Assembly: GCA_050084515.1 (NCBI GenBank)
Contig: CM114271.1
Location: 45,198,001 to 45,262,000 of the forward strand
Length of the DNA stretch: 64,000 bases
Reading direction: 5' to 3'
DNA from: Blasia pusilla
Taxonomy: Eukaryota
Positions 1 to 12,860 of this stretch are shown one piece after another. The translations under genes were made by a program, and so were the position numbers. Positions within the stretch are counted from its first letter, which is position 1. Every line of letters begins with the position of its first letter. The notes below the pieces were generated by a model. It saw only the letters and a program-made list of their open reading frames with translations. It did not search any database and was not told the origin of the DNA.

Positions 1-966
1 TCCAATCTCCATCGACGGCTTTCTAGCCATGGGTTACGGGGGAAGCTGTGGCTTCGGTCCTGCCAAGCCTGGACCCAGGGAGGCAGGGCCCTGGAGTTAG
101 TACGTCGGGGAGGCCCTCCCCCCCTCATTCGAACAGTTTTCCTCTCCTCTCACTCGACGTTGGCAAAGCGCTGCCAGATTCCCGCCCGGTCTCGACTCCC
201 GCATTCAAACTCTTTTCTTCACTACACAGTGTCGAAGCTGCCAAAGTTGCCCAACTCCGCACTCGAGTTTGCAAATTCCTTGAGATTCTCCCGTGTCCGA
301 ACTCTTTTCTTCACTACACAGTGAAGAAGCAGCCGAACTCTGATTTCACAGATTTTCTCTCTCTGCAGTGCAGCTCCGCTCTACGTCTACTCTTGCGCAG
401 AAACTCCGCTCAACGTTGGCTCATGCTCAACTTCGCGATAGCCTTGGCGGTCTGAGTTTCAACCTTGCAGCCTTGCCCCAATATCTCCCGTCAACGTCTG
501 CTCATGCACGGCGGCTCGCTTTCGGCGTCCGCTTTTGCAAGACGACCTTGCGGTCTGAGTTTTGACTTGCCCAAAGACATTCTTGTCGACGTCCGCTCTA
601 GCGCTACTGATCCGAATGTTTGATGTTTTTCCGCTCTCTGATTTGCTGCTGCTCGTTTTTGCTACTTTGCTCCTCTACGCTTTTTCTCTGCAGATCCGTA
701 CTTCAGTTTAGCGTTAGTGTATTTTCTGTTTTGTTTTTCAGTAACATGATTTGGCTGTTGATTCACAGTGAGCCCCGTTGAAGTCTTGAAGTTGCAAATC
801 GGCTTTCGTTATAGCCGTTTTGCAACTGGTCTCCCGACTGTTATACTTGGGGGTTGGTTCAATCCGACTGTCATATTTGGGTATTGGATTCAATTTCCAG
901 CTTGCAGAGATTAGTACCTTTTTTCACAAATACTCAGATGTTTAGATTAAGTTTACTAAAGTAAAG

Positions 967-985
967 TTTAGGGTTTAGGGTTTAG
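967..985 (+). repeat. Interstitial plant-type telomeric repeat / telobox, (TTTAGGG)2TTTAG
   Basis: Read directly. Shorter copies also at ~24958-24970 and 36659-36672. Confidence 0.8.
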
Positions 986-1147
986 TTAGTGCTTTGGAAG
1001 TTCGCGTTCTTGACTTGAAGCTTTGTAGCTCTACATCCGCCCGAACTCTTCCATTCGATTTGAAAGAACAGGCCATTTGCTTGACCCTTGGCCACCTGTT
1101 GGTTTGTATGCTTGTTTCCCGCATTCGAGTCTTTTTATTGTGGTTAA

Positions 1148-3361
1148 ATGGCCAAGAGGCAAAAGACCATCAGTGCTTTCTTAGACAAGGGACGCCGGAA
1201 CGATGTTCCAGATATCATTGGATTGTCTCGCTCATCTGATGATAAAGATGAACAACCTACATCAAGCAGTAGTGCAGCTTTACATGAGAAATTTGCATAG
1301 CTTGGAAGGACGTATTCAATGTACAACTGGATTGACTATGATTCAGCCCTTGGTAGAATTTTTTGTAAAGTATGTAGGAAGGGTAAGGTGAAGAGTGCTT
1401 TTGCTAGAGATGGAGCAATCAATTGCAAAGTCTCTGCATTCACTGACCACGCCAAATCCAATGAGCATATCAAACTATCATGGGCTGCAAATGGAGGTAA
1501 GCAATCGATCGCCAAGGCCATTGCAACAACAAACCAAAGTTGTGAAGTAGCCCTCCTAACATTGTTTAGGTGTGCATACTTCCTTGCGAAAGAGGCAATT
1601 CCATTTCTGAAATTCCCCAATCTTTGTAAGTTAATGCTTTCTGTAAATGCACCTATAACCAGAGATCTTTACCACGATGAAAAGAGTTGTAGTGAAATAT
1701 CTTATTATATCAGCCAAGTTCTGCAGAGAATAACTCTTTCCAGAATGCAGGCCTCTCCCTTTTTTGGTATCATGATTGATGAATCCACGGATATATCTGT
1801 TACAGGTCATTTAGTTGTGTTTGCCACTTTCATTGAAGAGGGTCAAGCAGAATGTTGTTTTCTAGGATTACTTCAATCCGAATCCAAATCTTCTAATGCC
1901 ATTACTGAAACCTTGCTGTAACTAATCAAGGATGGAGGGGTGGAGTTTACCAAGATGGTAGCATTTGGATCTGATGGGGCCTCAACAATGGTAGGTAGCC
2001 AGACAGGGGTAGCTTCACAAATGAAGCAAAAGGTGAACCCCTACATTCTATCTGTTCATTGTGTTGCTCATAGGACAAATCTTGTCGCTTTGTCTCCGCC
2101 ACAAAAGCAAGTGATTGCAAGTCGATCTCTACTAAAGTAGATTCCATTCTCAATGCTGTTGTTGGTCACTTCCGGAGGTTCTCCAAGAGGAAAACAATCC
2201 TAGCATCTTTGCAAAGAAGTTCAATGACTCCCAACGAGTCATGAAAAGATATCATAAAATACGATGGTTATCTCGATGGCAAGTTGTTTCCACATTGTGT
2301 GATTCTCTAGAATTGGTGTTGAGTTATTTCAGGGATATCTCTCCTTCAGAGGATGATGGGAATACTGGTAATTTATTTAACAAGCTAAGATCATTCCAAA
2401 TGATCTACTAGTTGTATTTTCTCGCTGATATTCTTTTCATGCTTGCAAATCTGAGCAAGATTTTTCAGTACAAGTTTGTGGATGTTAGCACTGTAGGGAG
2501 GATTGTAAATTCCGAGATAGCTTCCATCACTATGAATTTTTTGATGGAAACACATCACTTAAATGCATCGACCTTCTCTGAAGAAAACGGTTATCACATT
2601 TTATCTGATTTTGGGCCTCCATGTGGCTATCTTCGACGCTTACAATCCGAGGTAAGGGGTAAAAGGTTCCATAGTATAGAGATGTCCGAGATCGCATGGG
2701 GTAGGGACTTGAGGTGCCTTGTTTTTCAAAAGGTTTCTTTGAGAGTGTTTGTTCAGCCTTACAGGAACGATTTTGAGATAACCATCTCATTGGTGCAATG
2801 AAAATTCTAAACCCCTTGCACATGCCTTCTAGACAGGTGGGATTGAATAATTGGGGTTGTAAGGATCTTAATGAGTTTTGTGGTCATTTTGGAGGTGAAT
2901 TACCTCTTAAGGGTCAGTTGCAACCTGCTCTAATTAATTCTCCTATTGTGAAACAAGAGTTTCAGTCTTTCAAACTGATGGCTATCACGGAGTGGAAGGA
3001 TCGCAACTTCAGAGATATGTGGGCTATGGTAAGTTTGAGTCCCTCTTTGTAATGTAAATTTTCAAACTTGTTGGTTTTAGCAAATATTTCTAGAGTCCAA
3101 TGTGTGAGTACTACCATTTATGAGAGAGCATTCTCCATTCAGAATATGATCAAAAGCAAATCTCGCAATAGATTGTCGACTAAATACTTAGATGTTGTTT
3201 TGAGAATTGCCTTAGAAGGATCTTTCTTTGATAATGAGGAGTTGTTATCTGAGACTATGGTGTTATGGAAAAATTCTGCCCATTTTAGGTATATATGTGC
3301 TAGTCCAGAAAAATATTTGTCTTCAGATGTGGGAGAAGACAACAATGAAATACCTGTTTAA
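1148..3361 (+). pseudogene. hAT-superfamily (ZNF862-like) transposase, broken by stops and frameshifts
   Basis: Motifs in order across ORFs 1319-1921, 1940-2140, 2412-2801, 2798-3052, 3068-3361: FCKVC..FTDHAKSNEH zinc finger, FGIMIDESTDISV, FGSDGASTMVG, HCVAHRTNL, IRWLSRW, and C-terminal dimerisation motif ERAFSIQNMIKSKSRNRL. Likely ATG at 1148 (MAKRQKTI). TIRs not identified. Confidence 0.9.
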
Positions 3362-3442
3362 TAGGATGTTTATAAATTTGTTTGGTAGGGCCCTTCTAGA
3401 ATACTTGGAGCCCTAAAGCTCCAAGTATTCTAGAGGGGGAGG

Positions 3443-3497
3443 ATCCTTGGCTCCCAACCGGTGGGAGTATTATCAGGTTCAACTCCTGCCAAGGATA
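3443..3497 (+). other. tRNA-like structure lacking the anticodon arm (candidate)
   Basis: ATCCTTGG (3443-50) pairs with CCAAGGAT (3489-96). CTCCCA/TGGGAG stem has a GG-containing loop. CAGG-TTCAACT-CCTG T-arm has a canonical 7-nt TTCRANY loop. Confidence 0.45.
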
Positions 3498-3929
3498 TCA
3501 TAGAATGTGGAATGGGGAACTTCAATAGATGTACTTGAAAGTGAATAGAGTGTTTAGTCTTTAGAATTTAAGTCTTCAGATTGTAGATTGTGGGAGTGAA
3601 TGAATAAGAAAAGGTGGAATTCCACATGAAATTTATTTTTTCCGGGAAATATACCAACGGCCAGATAATTGTTGACGACTTGCAAAAAAAAACGGAAATA
3701 AGCTGGAGAGCAGAAATTTGGACAGAAATTTAACGTGGGAACAAAAATAATTTTCGGATATCCACAGATTAAAATTTAAAATATCAAAAAAAAACTTGTA
3801 CACATGATAACACCCTCCTGGAGCCGGTAACCTGTAAAAGAAACCAGGTAATAGAAAATATTACCAATAATACTCTTGTAGTTCAAAAAAATCTTCCCGA
3901 ACCTTGGGCCCAACTGCGGGATGAGAGGG

Positions 3930-4852
3930 AAAACGGGGGGGTGGGGGGCGCGCAACCTTATGCGCGCCTCCCAACTGCGGGGAAGGGAGGGGAGGGAAGT
4001 CCGCCTCCGCGCTCGACTGCCTCCGCCTCCCCACCCTATCTGCCTCCTCTGCGCCCTAACCCTAGCTCTAGACCCCTAATTGGCCGCTTTTACTGGACAG
4101 CCCCCCGGCGGCTGCAAGACTCAAACTTGCTTTTTTTTTCTCACTCTTGACACTCGACGCCCCACCACACACTACACTCGGCTGTTGTCCCCCATCAATC
4201 CGCACCAGAAAAATCTGAGAAAAATGGACAGCGCTTCCGCCCACGGCCTTCCGAACAAAAAAATGACAAACACTCGCAACACACGCGTCTCTAGTGGCTC
4301 CCGACCAAGGCAACTTGCTTGCCTACCTGCACACAAAGAATTCCCATCAGCCCCCTGACACCTTTCTCATGTAAAAATAAAGAGTAGTAAAAATGGCACA
4401 CCCGGCCTAAAACTCCACTCCTCAATCTATGTCGGCATATCGGGCCTCATCCACCTTGTTCTATCAAGGAATCCGGACGCTAGCATCCTAGTCCTATCTC
4501 ACACACATACAAGAGAGGTGCCCCAACGGCCCAACATGAGAAAGATGGCTTAAGAAAACCATCTTCCTCTCTTATATAGGGTTGGGAAGAGCCAAAAGGC
4601 TCCTCCCCTAAAAATAGCCCTCCCCTTAGTAACCTACGCGCACAAGTTACCAGGGGCGGGTGACTTGGTCAACAAGTCACCCGATTGTGAAAGACCTCAA
4701 CATGAAAGTTGTCAAAAACGACGTTCTTGACACAATGGTCCTATCCTCGACCTCATCTGACAACGTGGGACAAAGTTACACTCAAGATAGTCCGCTGGCT
4801 CCTACGCCCTATCCACGATAGATCTCGGCCTATCGGCTACTCAGATGTGACA
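3930..4852 (-). mobile_element. Truncated second copy of the gypsy family: full 483-bp LTR (4370-4852) plus PBS (4359-4369) and part of the 5' leader
   Basis: TGT...ACA bounded and the same length as LTR 37073-37555. Similarity to 36905-37072 continues beyond the LTR (4205-4369) and weakens towards ~3930. Confidence 0.85.
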
Positions 4853-4853
4853 A

Positions 4854-6080
4854 TGTTCTCAATATGCAAGTTAGTAGACTCAAAGTCATTGAACGGAGGA
4901 GGCTAAGTTTGGAAGCATTTGGAAAATCACTCATACAAATTACACAAGATGTATCTGCTTCACTTCCTGTGCGGAAATTACATCCACGATCAATCATTTT
5001 AAGGTTACTTTACTAAAATTTGCGCACATTGTACATCACGAACTCTCCAAGACTCACTCTCAAGCCTTAAGCACTACGTACAAAATAACCTAAAAACCCT
5101 AACATGGCTTCAATTAAATAGCCATGAAACTAGTGTGTGTGCCATTTCCACAAATGCTCCGCCCCCCTATTTGTGGAAAAGGGCCTTGAAAGATGAGATT
5201 TCTCTTCGTTTATGACCATCCCAATCTCATCTTTCAAGGCCCTTCATGTTGTGACTTTTGTAACTTATAGAACTACATACATAAAGGTAATAATCTCCAT
5301 TTTATCTTATATTCTATCCAATCCAGTAATGCTAAGCCTTAGAGTATTCTTAGCATCATGCTTAGGATTGTAGAACATTGAACAACTCATAACATTGTCT
5401 TAATTTCTCCACCAAAATCGGCTTGTTAACATGTCTATTGCATCCTCCTCTATACCAATCTTTATAAGGTTGATAACACACTTAGTTATGCCTCTCAAAT
5501 GAAATGATATCGAACATTGATGTGCTTTGTCCTAGCATAATACACTTGGTTTTTAGCTAAGTGTATGGCCCTCTGGCTATCACAATATAGTGTAACTCCA
5601 TCTTGCAACAAACCAAGCTTAACTACAAGTCTACGTAGCTCGATACCATCCTTAGCTTCCTCTTATACAGCCATATACTCAACCTTTGTGGTGGATTGTG
5701 CTAGAGAGGCTTGTACTATGGACTTCCAACTAATAGGTGGATCCATCTATGGTAGACCTTCTTTTGTGCAAATCTCTTGCGAAACCATAAACCACATAAC
5801 CAAATAGAGATCCAACTCTATCAACTCTACCAACTCTACCATCAAAGACAATTCCCATATCCACTATCCCTTTCGAGTAACAAAGAATCCAATTCATTGC
5901 TTTACTAGATGTGACATAAACGTGATAACCACACTTACAACATATGAGATATGTGGTCGAGTGCAAGTCATTGCATACATCAAACTTCCAACTGCATTGT
6001 CATAAGAAATCTCCAACATTTCTCTCCTTTCACCGTCACTAACAAGACAATCAATTGAAGAAATTCTAAAATGACCATAA
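4854..6080 (-). mobile_element. Ty1/copia remnant: RT C-terminus/RNase H (~5410-6080), PPT and probable 3' LTR (~4854-5401)
   Basis: Minus-strand YDNAVGSLMYAMTCTRPHISYVVS, STTKVEYMAV, LYCDSQRAIHLAKNQVYYARTKHINVRYHF. PPT-like GGTGGAGAAA at 5404-5413. Putative LTR ends in CA at 4854. LTR limits are approximate. Confidence 0.8.
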
Positions 6081-6249
6081 CATATCCATATCCATAACAA
6101 TATGTTTTAAATCAATGAAACATAAAACTCTAAAAAATGCATATAAATACAAATTTTCATACATATCGATATTCTTTTAATCTTAATTTAGCACTCCATA
6201 ATATACAAGATTCCTAGTGTTAACACTTATTTTGTTGATAGCATTTTCA

Positions 6250-8720
6250 CTGTCAATCATCATATGAATAGAATTCCCCGAGACTACTTTTAACAAGGCA
6301 ACATGTAATTGCCCATGAGAAAATACTGGATTTGGCAAGTAGATACCAACTCTCTCTAATGTTGGACCTGATACTTATTAATCTTCATTGCAAAAGCACG
6401 ATATTTAGGAAATTAAAATCGTCATAAATCACAATGTAAGCCGAAATCGGATGCAATCAATGGAATGTGTGGAATGAACACTCGAGCTCCAACTTTTTGT
6501 TTTCTTGTGAGAATTGTTGCATCTACAAGATGTCGACTAAAACCAACTATCACCAAGCAAATCCTGTTTGCTTGTCCCTTTGCTCCATTCATATTTCATA
6601 ATAGCATTATCAGAGCTCCAATCTTCAAAGTAAAAACATTAGGTGGAAATCTAGATGGTAACATGTGTTCAAAAAAATTATATTTGATCAACAAGCCTTA
6701 TCTCATTGTCAAAAATAGAATCGGCACTTAAGAAAGTATGCTCCTACAAAAAAAAATTCCAATCATAAACAATAAGAGAGATGATGGAAAAATATAGCAA
6801 TACACTTTTGAAAAATATAGTCATGATACTCAAAAACACAAATATTACCTCTCATGGAATTTGAGATATGCATGATTTCCGCATTTATACTATCCACACT
6901 AGTATTCTTGGTCGAAAACATCGATGTACCTCTCAAGAAATCAATGTCACTCTACTTATTAACATCGCGTCCATAAACAATGTCAATGAGATCATCGATC
7001 CTTGTGGTTTTAACAATTCTCGCATCCAAAACTTGTGTAAGATTCTCTACAAGGTCCAAATGTAATGGTATACAAACCCCTCCGACCTCTTATAACCACA
7101 TTGCAATAAATTATTGCTCTTCTTGTGCATATCCTACAAAAACATAAGATGAAGGAATAAGTACATATTAAAAAGAAACAAAAAGGCAAAATATTAGCTT
7201 TATTCTTTTATACATTGTAAAGTATTAACTCTCAAGTTGGAAGTGAGTTTCAATAATCTCACATTAGACCAAATAAGAGATCTCCTAAGTATTGCAGGCA
7301 CAAATGTGGAACGATATCCATGATGAACGACCAGAAGAAGTTGTCGAAAGTCAACACGAAATAAAATTATCTTTCTCCCAAAGGGCAAGTCTCGTAATCG
7401 ATGATCAATTAAACCCATGATACATTGGAAAGTACGATTAATGCCCTCAAATCCATGATGATGGGTCATAAGAGCTTCATTCCACACGATCAACTTTGAC
7501 TTTTGTATAAGGCATGCCACATGATCGTTGATCGATAAGCTAGAAAATAGATAACAACAAAACATATGAGGAACATTTATGAAGGATAAATCTAAGAAAA
7601 TAAGAATAACATGCATGCCATAATTATAAAGTAAAAGGAAAAAAATCTTAAATCTAAACTTACTCTTGCAAGTGGAACTTTCATGTACTTGGATAGGGAT
7701 CTTGTATCGAGAATGAGCGATACGACCTCCATCTAATAATAAGGCATCAATCCCCAAAGATCCAATTGCAAGAGCTATATTACCCTCGCTCCGTACCATA
7801 GCAAGAAGAAGGTTGTACAAAAAGGTTTTTCCCATTCCGCCAAAACCATCCATAAGAAAAGTTTTTCCTGAAAAATTATTATTCTTAGTTACAAAAAAGC
7901 ATTTTAAAATGAATAAGACTTAATTGATAATATATAATACATAATATTCACTTACAAAAGGTGGCGCATCTTGTAAGATATCGTCAAAAGAATTATAGAT
8001 AACATCCCAAATAGCTCATTATCCATCATTTAAAGAAATATCTCATGCTCTCAAACGTTCACGAAGCATATCATGATTGTAGGAAATTAAGCTTTTCGTC
8101 TTCTAGACACAAAATAGATAAATCACGAGTTTGGAAATTTGGTTGAGGTATGTCGGAGAAGTCCGCCTTACTTTTACCATGATATCGAAGATGGTAATAC
8201 ATCTCCAATAATGCAAGATTAATAATCTGAATATCAAATTGAAGATTTAGAATTCCAATTCTTTGTTATGAAGAGCAAATATAAAAGTTAAAACATAAAT
8301 AAAGAACATAACAAAAAAATCCTAAAATAAATAAGGAAAAATTGACTCAACAAAAGGCATGCATATTACCTTACATTTGATGTAGAAGATCTTATGTTAA
8401 TGGAACTAAAAAAGATTCCCATGCCATAACCGTAAAATAAGGTATGTTATATGGAATAGTGATTGCAAAGAGTAGACGTAATGAATAACCAGGACAAATG
8501 ACAACTGCCTCTTCAAAGCAAGAAAATATCCCTCTATCATCCTCCAAAAGTCCCATCTGAATAGCAGTCTCTTTGAAGGCTGGGGTTTTCAGTTCCACAA
8601 ATATGCCCCATCTCGTTCGACAAAGTAAAGGGTTTTTTAATTGCGTCTCTCGGAAGACTTATTGTGGAAGAACAATAGCGTTCAATTTATTCCATGGCGC
8701 TCTTAAAAGAACAATAGGGT
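6250..8720 (-). pseudogene. Helitron RepHel, Pif1-like helicase part, degenerate and intron-containing
   Basis: DGFGGMGKTFLYNLL (Walker A), LLLDGGRIAHSRYKIPI, LIVWNEALM, PFGRKIILFRVDFRQLL, and C-terminal ERVGIYLPNPVFSHGQLHVAL. AT-rich GT..AG spacers, e.g. ~7540-7663. Confidence 0.85.
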
Positions 8721-10789
8721 CTTTATATTACTTGCCCTTCCATGGAAGACTTTCACATAAGATAGGGTTAATACTCACAATATATATATAATACATATTT
8801 TTTGCATGAAATTTATTTTATTTATTTCAAATTTAATTTTATATGATAATTTTCGTTCCTAGGTAGTAAATTATTTGATTTTTTGCAGGGAAATTTAGAG
8901 GGAAAAAGATATATATTTTCCTAATGGTTCCCTCCCTTAACCATTTTTCCATTTTTTCTCCGAGTATACTTGAACCGGGTCTGGGTTTAGGGGAAAACCA
9001 TCATAGGAAAGACGAACAACCGCCACTCAAAAGAGAATCTTGCAAGCAACTTGCAGGCAGATTGTAGAAAGGTTCGATGATCGAGCAAGCTTCGATCAAT
9101 ACTTTGTTGAGTTCTTGCCGAATAGCGGACAGGTTGAAAATCTTTCTTCAATTGTGGTGACTAACATCTACGTGTGAAGCATCTACTTGCGATATTGGAA
9201 CCTCGGACGGACAGACTGTGCTTATCTGGAATCGTTTGTGTATGTCTATTGTTTCAGCTTATTGTTGAAGTTGGTTTGCCATTGTTCGGCATTGGTCGAC
9301 TTATTATTATCCACCCTTTTGTTTTCAGATAAGTTTTGAGGTAAGCATGTGACCTCTCTCTCTTTTGATTCAGATTTGGTTGTGGGGGGAATCAAATTTG
9401 GTCTTGAAAGAGAGATATTTGCAACCTAATGCGTCCCAAAAAAAACCTTGCTCTCCTTGCCAACTCTCCGCTACAGTCGTCTTCTTCTTGACAGTTCCAC
9501 CATGCGTCTGCCTCTTGTAATTCCACCATGCGCCAACCTCGGACAAGCACTCAATTGCAATATTCAGCTGAGCCTGCAGTTTTCGACACGAAATGTGTGG
9601 TTGAAAGTTGAAACCAATGTCATATCTTTGTGGAAAATTGTGTATAGAGTGATCAGCGAATCAAAATTTTATGCTTGTTGCCAATCATATTTTAATCTTT
9701 GAGCTCTCTTGATACACTTGAAAACTTGCAACTCTCTGTGAGCGTGGTTGTCAAGCAAAATTGACTACTGTGGCGATTCCCCGTGGAATAGTGCCTAGTG
9801 TAACTTATGAGGGCAAGAATATCTATGAATATATCCTTATAAATCAATTTTCTTGCAATCCTTTCATGTCCAAGGACATACAAACTCGAATAACCCAAAA
9901 GACGTATTACACTATTGGCAAGGGAAAGGAGCAAGATCCTAATCATCCAACTTGTTTGGTTGATGTTGGTAGTAATATCACAATTTTTTTTGAATCTATA
10001 GTAGATGTTTGCCCTTCCACAAGATCAACAAAGTCAAAGAAAAGGAAAGGAAAAGAGACACAACTTGCATTGGAGGCAAGAGTTGCAAAAATTGAGGATT
10101 GGTTGGGGCGTATTGTGTTTATGTTTCAAAAGAATGGTTCACATTGGTCAAGAATTCGTGGGGCCTTGGACTTGTTGGACATGCTTGTACCTCCTCCTAG
10201 ACAGAAGGAAAGCATTTGTCGTGTCATATGTAATTAGTACAAGTCTTCCGGCCATAGTAATAACAAAACCTTGTTCACTTATGATGCAATAGATGTGCAA
10301 TGGATTGATATTGAAATGGTGATTTCTAAAGTGAAGTTGACAATGAAATGAGGGATACAAAATAGAGAATATATATATATTCATTTAACTTACATGCTTT
10401 GACTATACACATTCAGAGTGTGAGTTGATATTGGTGAGTTTTTTTAATGTTTGAAAGATGTTGGATTCAATATTTTTGTGGATTGTGCTTAGAGTGTACT
10501 TAACACTGGTGAATTGTGAGAATATAAGTGGGAGGAATGGCCTAGGGATAGAATTTTAGGGGTACTAAAAATGAACAATGATTCCTTTAAAATACATAAG
10601 GGTGAGAAATAAGTAAAAACAAATCCAACAATTATTGAAGGCATGGTTTGACTTATTAATCAATTTGCCATTATCACACATGCATAATCACATATAGAAA
10701 TGTGTTAGTAGTTGGAAAAATATATATAACACATTAATATAAGAGCATTAACTAAAGAAATAAACAACAAAACCAATAAATTACCTCTT

Positions 10790-12860
10790 ATAAATAAGAT
10801 ATCCATCCTCGTTCTCCATTGTCATTGATACAAAAGGCATTGGGTAGCCTTTTGAACATATTTTTTTGTTTTGTCCGTGTAAGGTGTATTTGGATGTGCT
10901 ACTCCACATGGATCACGAATCAAACAATTTCTCACAATAGAATGTAGCCTAGGGATGAGAAATGGGATTTGGAATCTTAGCAGATATAATATTGTCAAAA
11001 TCAAAAGGTTATCTTTGGCTTATTCTGAGATGCAACAATTATAATGATATGCACATATCATAGATCTCTTTTTTGGAACTCAACTACATGAATATATCCT
11101 ACCACTCGGCCCAAAATATGTTTGTCCAATATGAGTCTCAAAAACTCTTTGTGGTTTTCTTGGAAAACATGCACAACCAGGTGAGGTACATTAGATGTTG
11201 TTTGCCCATGAAGTAGAGTAGAAGTAATCTATGGGTATTGAGGGTTGCAAGTCAAAGTCAAAAAGCAGTCAGGTTTCCCAAAATGTCTTACAATAGCTAG
11301 AACATCATGATATAATTAATGCATGTGACGGGGTCCTCCAATAAAAGATAAAGGTAAGATAATTCATCTCCATATCCCTTGATCATTAACATCATGTCGA
11401 GTCGCAGCATCTCTGACATCTTGGTATAAATCAACTCTCAACTCTTTTTGATGCAATTCTATCCAACTAAGCCATTGGATTTCAATAGTCATATACATAT
11501 CCACCATATATTCTTGAGGAAGACGACCAAAATCTCAACAACCAATTATTATCCATAGCATTAGGTTGTATTTGAAATCTGAATAAAGCAAATTATAAAG
11601 TTGTAATGGTCTTTGAACTTGCCTCGTGAGTGGTAACTCCACCTAGAATTAGGTCTCGTGAATTCTCCCTCATAAAGTATCATCTCCATTCTCATCTCCA
11701 TCCTCATCCATCATTACATGCCCTAGCTCTTAATGGCTGATCACCACTATGATCATGTAACACTTGCAAATGTATCTTATGATTCCAATGTTAACACCTC
11801 CTTCACCATAAACAAAAGGCAAAAAAAAATACAATGGGATATAGGGTTCATTTAAGTCAGACAGGAAATGAATTCCTCCTCCATGTAAACGAACAATAAT
11901 ATCACGTCCTTCTATTGGCTCACTCCCATCTCCAAGCAAGATAGCTGCAATCTTTGAAGCAACAAGCAAGGTGTATTGTTTTGCATAAAGACCTTGCTTA
12001 CTACCCTTAAGAACAATATGGAAGTCAAGATTACATGGATCAATAGCGACATTTTGAAATAGAGCCACATAGGGATTACAAACATGTAGCATGTCTTGTA
12101 ATCCTCTTAAGACCTCTGACCTCAATTGATCACGATAACCTCCCTTCATAATCATTTTTCTATGTTCCATTTGATGCTCATCATCACGAATATAGATTTG
12201 CATAAATTTTGGAGGAGCACCGCTCTCAACTTGAAGAGGTCCAATAGAATGATACACACCACGTTGAATCTTGAAGTTTCCTATACCACCTTGTTGCTCT
12301 ATCACATGTGCCCCCGTAGATGGAAATATAAGAGCACTATTATAGGCACATGCATTACTTAAAAAATGAAGACTATTTGAACTCATCCCATAAAGTAATA
12401 TCTGATAGTATAGGAGGTGAAACTGCCAAGTATGGTAGTTGAATCTTGCCATGCTCACAACAAATACCAAATGGGGAGCTTGTAAACCTAGTATACTTCA
12501 CTCTCTGGCACTCCCAATATATAGCATTGCAAGTCATAAAAATGTCATTCATAAGTCCAGGAGTAAAACGTCCAGTTATACTATCAACAGGATCTCCCAA
12601 CCTAAGGATTCGAATGTGCTTCTCTTCAAAGTTAGGAATGCTTGCAATATTGAGTAACTTTTTCAAGTTCATAACCCTTCTAGATCCCACATTTGGAATT
12701 GAGGCATGTACACACTTCTCATTCACTTCCATGTGGCCTTTAAGATTGGCTCCATTTGCAACACTCCTTATCAAAGGATGGCCAACATATGTGATGTCAT
12801 GTAATTCATCCAAATGAGCATGTCTCCTTCTTTGGCCTTCTGCTCGAGTAACTTGGAGCA
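10790..12860 (-). pseudogene. Helitron RepHel, N-terminal/Rep part, degenerate
   Basis: ICCEHGKIQLP, AYNSALIF..STGAHV, PPKFMQIYIRD, LQDMLHVCNPYVALF, YIPLYFFLPFVYGE, GKPDCF and DPCG..HPNTP match the Helitron N-terminal and Rep motifs. Same strand as, and upstream of, the helicase. Confidence 0.8.

Noticed and set aside
1-3850. hAT terminal inverted repeats and 8-bp TSD
   Set aside because: No matching pair found; the left end may lie outside the window.
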